Shown in pieces: positions 56,702 to 62,780 of a stretch of 64,000 nucleotides of DNA; the stretch's first letter is position 1; every line of letters begins with the position of its first letter. The notes under the pieces were generated by a model. The model saw only the letters and a program-made list of their open reading frames with translations, was not told where the DNA came from and made no database searches. The DNA is from a virus (lineage: Duplodnaviria > Heunggongvirae > Uroviricota > Caudoviricetes): IMG/VR virus record IMGVR_UViG_3300008107_000053; one strand, written 5' to 3'. The position numbers were made by a program, and so were the translations under genes.

Positions 56702-56777
56702 AATAAATTTGCCCTAGACTTTGTTTTAGGGCATAATTGTTTATACATAGTAATGAAACTATTGAAAAGGAAACCCT

Positions 56778-57440
56778 ATGAAATTATCCAAAGAAACCAC
56801 AGCAGTATTTAAGAACTTTGCTCAAGTTAATAACAATCTTTTGCTTAAAGAAGGCACAAAGATTTCAACCATTTCTGCACAGAAGAATGTCATGGCTGAC
56901 GCTACTGTTGCTGAAGTCTTCCCAGAGACTTTTGGTATCTATGACTTGAACGAATTCCTTGGTGCCTTGTCGCTGTTCAATGATCCTGAACTTGACTTTA
57001 GCGAAAAGTTTGTAACTATCAAAGAAGGTAGTCGCCGTATCAAATTCTATGGCGCAGAACCATCTGTTCTTACCGCACCTACAAAGAGCATCAACTTTCC
57101 AGAGGCTGATGTTAACTTTACCCTAACTGCATCTATGCTTGAAATGATCAAGCGTACTGCATCCGTACTTCGTTCTGAAGACATTTCTATCATCGGTGAT
57201 GGAACTGTCATGGATATCCAAGTTGGTGATAAGAAGAATGCATCCAGCAACTCTTTCTCAGAACCAGTTGGTGCCACCGATAAAACATTCCATGTTAACT
57301 TGAAAGTTGATAACCTGAAGATGCTTCCAGGTGATTATGCTGTAAGTATTTCTAGCAAGAAAATCTCTCGCTTTAAGAGCATCACTGGTGACTTAGTTTA
57401 CTACGTTGCGGTTGAAGCTGACTCTACTTTTGATGCCTAA
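56778..57440 (+). CDS. gp45: sliding clamp gp45 homolog
   Basis: 'MKLSKETTAVFKNFAQVNNNLLLK...FGIYDLNEFLGALSLFND...YYVAVEADSTFDA' is near-collinear with T4 gp45 'MKLSKDTTALLKNFATINSGIMLK...VAIYDLNGFLGILSLVND...YVVALEADSTHDF'. Confidence 0.95.
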   Translation: MKLSKETTAVFKNFAQVNNNLLLKEGTKISTISAQKNVMADATVAEVFPETFGIYDLNEFLGALSLFNDPELDFSEKFVTIKEGSRRIKFYGAEPSVLTAPTKSINFPEADVNFTLTASMLEMIKRTASVLRSEDISIIGDGTVMDIQVGDKKNASSNSFSEPVGATDKTFHVNLKVDNLKMLPGDYAVSISSKKISRFKSITGDLVYYVAVEADSTFDA

Positions 57441-57466
57441 TCCACTTTCTTAATTGGAATTTCTAT

Positions 57467-58417
57467 ATGATTGAATCCCGTGATGCCCAATTTCTATGGG
57501 TAGAGAAGTATCGCCCACAAAAGATTGATGATTGTGTACTGCCAGAATCATTGAAGACTTCATTTAAACAATACGTTGAACAGGGAGAACTTCCAAACTT
57601 CCTGTTCTGTGGTACAGCAGGGGTTGGTAAAACCACTGTTGCTAAAGCACTATGTAATGAGATCGGTGCGGAGTATCTGTTGATTAACGGTTCGGAAGAA
57701 TCAGGTATTGAAACACTCCGAGTAAAGATCAAAGGCTTTGCTTCTACCATCAGTTTAACTGACGCAAAGAAGGTAGTCATCATCGACGAGGCAGATTATC
57801 TGCAAGCGAATTCTACTCAACCAGCACTTCGTGGTTTTATTGAAGAGTTTGCAAACAACTGCCGTTTCATCTTTACATGTAACTTTAAGCATAAGTTGCT
57901 GGAAGCTATTCACTCTCGTTGCGCAGTTATCGAATTCAAAATCGATAAGAAAGAACAACAAGAGATTGCAGCAACTTTCTTTAAACGTGCTACTCAAATC
58001 TTGACGCAAGAAGGTATTGACTTTGACTCCAAGGTTGTTGCTGAACTGGTAATGAAACACTTTCCAGACTATCGTCGTATTCTAAATGAGTTACAACGTT
58101 ACTCTGTATCTGGAAAGATCGATAGTGGTATTCTGGTTAATATGTCTGACCAGACTTACAAAGAACTGTTCAAAGCACTTAAGGAAAAGAACTATACAGA
58201 AACCCGCAAGTGGGTTGCAGCGTCTAGTGATGGTGATTCATCCAGCCTTTTCCGTACTCTGTATGATCAATCCAACAATATGTTGGAAGCAGGTTCTATT
58301 CCTCAGCTTGTTCTTATTCTTGCAGACTACCAATACAAAGCTGCATTCGTTGCTGATACTGAATTGAATATCATGGCAGCATTGACTGAGGTTATGTCTC
58401 AATGTAAGTTTAAGTAA
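57467..58417 (+). CDS. gp44: clamp loader large subunit gp44 homolog (RFC-like AAA+)
   Basis: 'WVEKYRPQKIDDCVLPE' RFC box. Walker A 'CGTAGVGKTT'. Walker B 'VVIIDEAD'. Sensor 'FTCN'. Confidence 0.9.
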   Translation: MIESRDAQFLWVEKYRPQKIDDCVLPESLKTSFKQYVEQGELPNFLFCGTAGVGKTTVAKALCNEIGAEYLLINGSEESGIETLRVKIKGFASTISLTDAKKVVIIDEADYLQANSTQPALRGFIEEFANNCRFIFTCNFKHKLLEAIHSRCAVIEFKIDKKEQQEIAATFFKRATQILTQEGIDFDSKVVAELVMKHFPDYRRILNELQRYSVSGKIDSGILVNMSDQTYKELFKALKEKNYTETRKWVAASSDGDSSSLFRTLYDQSNNMLEAGSIPQLVLILADYQYKAAFVADTELNIMAALTEVMSQCKFK

Positions 58418-58424
58418 GGCACTT

Positions 58425-58745
58425 ATGGAGCTTCTATATTATATACTCATGATCGTGTTCAGTTTCGCTGCAGGTTGGATACTAAGAGAGATTGTAGCAG
58501 TCCATCGAATTAAGGATATGATCGATGAACTCGAGGATATGGATGATGAATCTGACGAACCTGATCAAATTAGGATCTCTATTGAGAAGGTTGACTCTAC
58601 ATTCTTCGTTTACAATATGGACGATAACTCATTCATGGCACAGGGAAATACCCGAAACGAACTAGAATCTGCACTTAAAGCCAGATTCCCTGGAGTTGTT
58701 TTTGCATGCCCTGAAGCTAATCTCAAAGAGGTGGGATTCAAATGA
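58425..58745 (+). CDS. small N-terminally membrane-anchored acidic protein (106 aa) inserted between gp44 and gp62
   Basis: N-terminal TM 'LLYYILMIVFSFAAGWIL'. Acidic linker 'EDMDDESDEPD'. T4 has no gene at this position. Confidence 0.45.
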   Translation: MELLYYILMIVFSFAAGWILREIVAVHRIKDMIDELEDMDDESDEPDQIRISIEKVDSTFFVYNMDDNSFMAQGNTRNELESALKARFPGVVFACPEANLKEVGFK

Positions 58746-59122
58746 GTCCATTCGATTTCCTAAATGCAATTAACCAGTCTAAAGAAGATCTTTTTGATCA
58801 GGATCCAGCTGGATCAAATAAGGATTACGTCCCGTTCATCGTAAACAGAGGTTTATCTTACTTTCATGATACCGTCCTGTATGCTAATGAGATGAATGTC
58901 AACCACCATATCCCCAAGGAATGGCAGTTTGATTTTCTACTAAATAGTATACCCAGAAAGCGCCGTATGAGTAAGTGGTTCAAAAAAGACGACACTCATG
59001 CATTAAATCTGGTTGTGGAATATTATGGTTATTCCATCGAAAAGGCGAGAGGTGTACTCAGTATCCTCTCGAGTGATCAATTGAAAACAATAGAAGAAAA
59101 ACTATATAAAGGTGGACGATGA
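58742..59122 (+). CDS. gp62: clamp loader small subunit gp62 homolog
   Basis: 'LSYFHDTVLYANEMN...IPRKRRMSKWFKKDD' aligns with T4 gp62 'LSQFPECMPAVYAMN...VPRGKRYGKWAKLVE'. ATGA overlaps on both sides. Confidence 0.75.
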   Translation: MSPFDFLNAINQSKEDLFDQDPAGSNKDYVPFIVNRGLSYFHDTVLYANEMNVNHHIPKEWQFDFLLNSIPRKRRMSKWFKKDDTHALNLVVEYYGYSIEKARGVLSILSSDQLKTIEEKLYKGGR

Positions 59123-59559
59123 CAATCGAAATGATTTACTACGATTGGAAGCCTGATTCTATGTTAGAGATCACTCTACCTGAACCAGATAACTTTCTGA
59201 AGGTAAGAGAAACACTAACAAGAATTGGAATCGCTTCAAAGAAGGATAACAGACTATATCAGTCTTGCCATATTTTACATAAGCAAGGTCGATATTTTAT
59301 TGTGCATTTCAAAGAACTATTTGCTCTTGATGGTAAAGAGTCGAATATTTCTATTGAAGATATTGAGCGTAGAAATGCTATTGCTGTACTGCTACAGGAT
59401 TGGGATCTGTTAAAGATCGTAGTTGCTGCTAAAGCAGAACCAAAGGCATCTATGTCTCAAATAAAGGTTGTCTCTTATAAAGACAAAGCAAACTGGGAGT
59501 TAGTGCCAAAGTACAATATAGGGAAAAAGATTAGCAGTGATAAGCGCGAAGGTGCTTAA
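59119..59559 (+). CDS. regA: translational repressor RegA homolog
   Basis: 'LEITLPEPDNFLKVRETLTRIGIASKKDNRLYQSCHILHKQGRYFIVHFKELF...LVPKYNIG' is near-identical in pattern to T4 RegA 'IEITLKKPEDFLKVKETLTRMGIANNKDKVLYQSCHILQKKGLYYIVHFKEM...LVPKYTIG'. Confidence 0.9.
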   Translation: MTIEMIYYDWKPDSMLEITLPEPDNFLKVRETLTRIGIASKKDNRLYQSCHILHKQGRYFIVHFKELFALDGKESNISIEDIERRNAIAVLLQDWDLLKIVVAAKAEPKASMSQIKVVSYKDKANWELVPKYNIGKKISSDKREGA

Positions 59560-60076
59560 CTAGATTTCCTGCGTTGAATTTTCGGTCGCAATGTGGACAT
59601 TTAGATTTTATTAGAGTATGAGATCGGTTCTTTGACCCGATACTCTTTTTACTCTCTGGTGACATCTTTATGTTTCTTGATAAATTGATTCTTCCAAGAA
59701 TCCATCCTTCAGGAATAAACTCTGGATGCACTCTTCGATGGTTTTTACCGTCATTGATCCAAACTTTATCTTTAACTGCACCTAAAGTTCCACTACCTCC
59801 CTGAATTGTATTATAACCATTTTCTATAGAATCGTATAGTGTTATAAAGTATTGTTCCATTTCTAAAAAACAATGGTCTTTATCTTTAGATACATATATT
59901 TCTTCCCAAGAAAATGAATCCCACCCATACTTTCTAAGAGCATTGTAAAATTTGTTCTGGATAGTTTGATAAATAAATTTATGTCGGCGTTGTCTTTCTT
60001 TCCAGTTTTTGGAAAAACCGATATAAATTTTTTCGTTTGTTCTATTTGTTACTTTATAAATAGAATAATAGTTCAT
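59531..60076 (-). CDS. free-standing GIY-YIG homing endonuclease (seg-like, 181 aa) with C-terminal zinc-finger-like DNA-binding tail
   Basis: Minus-strand ORF. Start at internal Met 'MNYYSIYKVTNRTNEKIYIGFSKNWKERQRRHKF' (GIY-x10-YIG...R...H motif) with SD GGGAGG 7 nt upstream. C-terminal 'KCPHCDRKFNAGNLVKHLRAYHC'. Only antisense gene in the window. The 3' end overlaps regA by 29 nt. Confidence 0.75.
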   Translation of the reverse strand: MNYYSIYKVTNRTNEKIYIGFSKNWKERQRRHKFIYQTIQNKFYNALRKYGWDSFSWEEIYVSKDKDHCFLEMEQYFITLYDSIENGYNTIQGGSGTLGAVKDKVWINDGKNHRRVHPEFIPEGWILGRINLSRNIKMSPESKKSIGSKNRSHTLIKSKCPHCDRKFNAGNLVKHLRAYHC

Positions 60077-60196
60077 GTTGATACCTCCCGAGGTGTTAAA
60101 GTGGGTAGATACTCCAATATCGTGACCCATGCAGATATTTATAATATCTGCGTTTTTATATAACATTGGTAAGAAAATTAAAACTGAGGTGAATAC

Positions 60197-60379
60197 ATGA
60201 TTCAATTACAACTTAGCATTGCAGAAGTTAACTCTATTCTTCGTTCTTTGGGTAAAGCCCCATTCGAAGAAGTTGCTGACTTGATCACTAAGATCAAGCA
60301 ACAAGGTGAACCACAGGCAGCAGCATTGATGCAAGCTCAGCCTGCGCCAGCAGCACCAGAGGCTCCTGCAGCAGAATAA
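60197..60379 (+). CDS. hypothetical small protein (60 aa) with Pro/Ala-rich C-terminal tail
   Basis: SD GAGGTGA upstream. Confidence 0.4.
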   Translation: MIQLQLSIAEVNSILRSLGKAPFEEVADLITKIKQQGEPQAAALMQAQPAPAAPEAPAAE

Positions 60380-60470
60380 CCCTACCTTGGGAACGTTGTC
60401 GTCACGGTTAAGGCGTCCGTACAATTGGACTAGCATACGTTAATTGCTCCAGTATAAAGTAAGCTGGGAC

Positions 60471-60497
60471 TGATATGCCTTCGGGATATCAATTTTT
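60471..60497 (+). terminator. putative terminator (UUCG-loop hairpin + AATTTTT)
   Basis: TGATATGCC-TTCG-GGATATCA followed by ATTTTT. Confidence 0.45.
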
Positions 60498-60527
60498 AAA
60501 ACTTAACTCGCTTAATAGGAGAAACTT

Positions 60528-61037
60528 ATGAACGCAAAATTCGTACCTGCCATCTGGCAAGAACATTTCAAAGACTTCGACAAATTCTTTGTTGGCTTTG
60601 ATGATCAAGTTACACAAATGCAGAAATTGCATGACGACGTAACTAAAAACATCCCAAACTATCCTCCATACAACATTCGTAAGAATGGGGAGAACTCTTA
60701 CACTATTGAGATCGCTGTTGCTGGTTTCGGTCAAAACGAAATCGACATTGAGATCGATGGTGGTAAGCTGGTTGTTAAGGGTAATGTTCAGTCAAGCGCA
60801 GAACAAGCGAACAACTATTTGTTCAAAGGTATTGCAAATCGCGCATTCACTCGTGCCTTTGCCATCGATGACCAAATTGAAGTCAAAGATGCAGAACTTT
60901 TCAATGGTATGTTAAAGATTGCTCTTGAGCGTCTTGTACCAGAAGAAAAGAAGCCAAAGAAAGTAGCTGTCAAGACCAAAGGTCAAAAGCAGTTTCTAAC
61001 TGAGGAGGAACGCGATGAAATTACTGCAAAGCTGTAA
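60528..61037 (+). CDS. hsp20: small heat-shock protein, Hsp20/alpha-crystallin family (IbpA-like)
   Basis: 'YPPYNIRKNGENSYTIEIAVAGFGQNEIDIEIDGGKLVVKG...NGMLKIALERLVPEEKKPK' closely parallels E. coli IbpA '[41 protein letters not shown]...NGLLYIDLERVIPEAKKPR'. Confidence 0.85.
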   Translation: MNAKFVPAIWQEHFKDFDKFFVGFDDQVTQMQKLHDDVTKNIPNYPPYNIRKNGENSYTIEIAVAGFGQNEIDIEIDGGKLVVKGNVQSSAEQANNYLFKGIANRAFTRAFAIDDQIEVKDAELFNGMLKIALERLVPEEKKPKKVAVKTKGQKQFLTEEERDEITAKL

Positions 61038-61132
61038 ACGTGCATTTGCTTGGTGGGTCTCATTCACCAATGAAACTTTGGATGCTATTAAAAAGGCAAA
61101 AGAAGATAACATGAAGCGTTAATCATACCTGT

Positions 61133-61150
61133 GGGGATCTTCGGATCCCC
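61133..61150 (+). promoter_or_regulatory. palindromic UUCG-tetraloop hairpin GGGGATC-TTCG-GATCCCC (no U-run), RNA stability/processing element
   Basis: Same GGGATCTTCGGATCCC core as the gp23 terminator at 42650. Confidence 0.4.
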
Positions 61151-61161
61151 TAAATACTTGT

Positions 61162-61368
61162 ATGATGAAACCAAAAATCTCTCCTAACTTAATCTCGTTT
61201 GTTACAGTGCGTAGAGGCAACTGGATTTTAAAAGTATCCGTCTTTAAAAATAAGACCATACTCGTTGTAGCTAGGCATTTCTTTGATATGGATAAAACTG
61301 AAGTTCAGTTCTTTGATGATCAAAATGCTGCAGCTGATTTCTTAGATAATATTGCAGAGAAAGAATAA
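61162..61368 (+). CDS. questionable small ORF (68 aa)
   Basis: No clear SD. Overlaps the next ORF's likely start. Confidence 0.2.
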   Translation: MMKPKISPNLISFVTVRRGNWILKVSVFKNKTILVVARHFFDMDKTEVQFFDDQNAAADFLDNIAEKE

Positions 61369-61369
61369 A

Positions 61370-61663
61370 ATGATCAAAGTGTTTAAATTGACTACTGGTG
61401 AAGAATTGATTTCTACAGTAACCAGTGGCTCTGAAGCTGGATGGCATCTTGAAGATCCAGCTATGATAATGATCCAGCGAACTCAAGAAGGTATGGGCGT
61501 TGCTTTAGCACCCTTCCTTGCGTATACGACTGGAAAGCTCTATCTCCACAAATCAGGCGTTATCGTAGAGGCAGAAGCCGATACGCAGATGCAGAATGAA
61601 TATAACCGACTATTCGGCTCTGGCATCGTCGTCGCCCCTGCATCCGCCCTAGTACGCCCCTAA
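61370..61663 (+). CDS. hypothetical protein (97 aa from MIKVFKL)
   Basis: The ATG at 61370 avoids overlap with the upstream ORF. The ORF track gives a longer 61352 start. Confidence 0.4.
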   Translation: MIKVFKLTTGEELISTVTSGSEAGWHLEDPAMIMIQRTQEGMGVALAPFLAYTTGKLYLHKSGVIVEAEADTQMQNEYNRLFGSGIVVAPASALVRP

Positions 61664-61696
61664 AAGTAACCTAAAAGTTTACTTTTTCAAGAATAA

Positions 61697-61719
61697 CCCT
61701 ACCGAGTGTAGGGTTTTTT
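61697..61719 (+). terminator. intrinsic terminator CCCTAC-CGAGT-GTAGGG + T6
   Basis: Canonical hairpin + TTTTTT. Stem identical to the 52741 and 54501 hairpins. Confidence 0.8.
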
Positions 61720-61729
61720 CATTTAGGTG

Positions 61730-61758
61730 TTTACTTTAATTCGGTTCTGATGTATAAT
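61730..61758 (+). promoter_or_regulatory. early promoter P5 (TTTACT-N17-TATAAT), duplicate of P2 cassette
   Basis: 61727..61791 matches 52757..52821 at ~90% identity, including the spacer, leader and SD. Confidence 0.7.
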
Positions 61759-61788
61759 AGTCTTATGATGATTAGAAAAGGAAACGAA

Positions 61789-61989
61789 ATGGGTCTCGAA
61801 AAGAAAGTTCTGGCTGTTGTTGAGTCTGTTACCGATGTGCGTGCTTACTTCTTCCAGGGCACTATGTTCCTGGAAACTGAAGACAGCAAGATTGCTACTG
61901 ATGTTTTCTTCGCCCTGTGCGATCAAGTGACCCCTGCTATCTCTTTTGGCAAGGCTGGTCAATCCGAAACTAGCTATGATTTTCTGTAA
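61789..61989 (+). CDS. hypothetical early protein (66 aa)
   Basis: ATG after the conserved AAAGGAAACGAA leader. Confidence 0.4.
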   Translation: MGLEKKVLAVVESVTDVRAYFFQGTMFLETEDSKIATDVFFALCDQVTPAISFGKAGQSETSYDFL

Positions 61990-62007
61990 TTGAAAGAGGA
62001 ATATATT

Positions 62008-62202
62008 ATGAACGTCGTTTACAAATCTCAAGTCCGCGAGCAAACTTCTGATGCTCTGCAAATGTTCTTTGCCCGTGGCGGTCAAGTTCAAGTCGTCAAA
62101 GCACGCAAAGCACCAACTCCAAAAATGCTAGGTAAAAACTCACGTGGGTTCCGTACTGGAACTTCTGGTTTTGCAACTGGCTATCCCTCTAAATCACTGT
62201 AA
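62008..62202 (+). CDS. hypothetical small basic protein (64 aa from MNVVYK)
   Basis: SD AAAGAGGAA 7 nt upstream of 62008. The ORF-track start 61990 lacks an SD. Confidence 0.4.
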   Translation: MNVVYKSQVREQTSDALQMFFARGGQVQVVKARKAPTPKMLGKNSRGFRTGTSGFATGYPSKSL

Positions 62203-62212
62203 GGAAAATATC

Positions 62213-62590
62213 ATGGGTCTCGATATGTACGCATTCTCAGTTGCTAAAATGGATGGCAACGAAGACTTTGTTATCGCTGAGGATAACGAACGAACCGAAA
62301 TCGCCTACTGGCGCAAGCACCATGACCTGCATGGTTGGATGGAACGTCTCTACCGAGACAAAGGTGGTGATGCAGAATCCTTTAACTGCATTCCCGTTCA
62401 ACTGACTCTTGCTGATCTAGATGCGCTTGAAGCTGATCTAATGGACAGTGCCTTGCCTGAAACTACTGGATTCTTTTTCGGCAACAACCCACCCGACGAA
62501 GATTCGTTGCGTGAAGATCTAGTGTTTGTTGCTAAAGCACGCACTGAGATTGCCATGGGTCGTGAGGTTTACTACGACAGCTGGTGGTAA
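62213..62590 (+). CDS. hypothetical protein (125 aa)
   Basis: SD AAGGAAAA before the ATG at 62213. Acidic, with conserved-looking 'AYWRKHHDLHGWME'. Confidence 0.45.
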   Translation: MGLDMYAFSVAKMDGNEDFVIAEDNERTEIAYWRKHHDLHGWMERLYRDKGGDAESFNCIPVQLTLADLDALEADLMDSALPETTGFFFGNNPPDEDSLREDLVFVAKARTEIAMGREVYYDSWW

Positions 62591-62591
62591 A

Positions 62592-62780
62592 ATGAAAGCC
62601 TTCCTAGAGACTACTTCAGATTGGTCAGGTAATGTGTCAAATCACATCTACTACCTGACCGATGATAAAGCAAAGATGGTTGCTTTTTATAATGTAGACA
62701 ATGGTAGGATTACAAAGTTCAAGAAGCCAATTAGGTTTGACACTCGCTACCGTAAATTCAAAGAATTGAAACACAAATGA
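62592..62780 (+). CDS. hypothetical small protein (62 aa from MKAFLE)
   Basis: ATG 2 nt after the upstream stop. SD-like GGTGG. Confidence 0.35.
   Translation: MKAFLETTSDWSGNVSNHIYYLTDDKAKMVAFYNVDNGRITKFKKPIRFDTRYRKFKELKHK

Noticed and set aside
60380-60470. Possible tRNA/small RNA in the gap after the 60-aa ORF (starts with orphan AACCCTACC)
   Set aside because: Could not fold a cloverleaf with acceptor/T-arm features by eye. No GTTCRA T-loop motif. Left as unexplained spacer.
50350-61758. Possible CRISPR array (five ~29-bp near-identical repeats)
   Set aside because: Repeat spacing is irregular (2.4 kb, 0.5 kb, 1.25 kb, 7.2 kb). Each repeat has -35/-10 hexamers at 17-nt spacing followed by SD+ATG. 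These are promoters, not CRISPR repeats.
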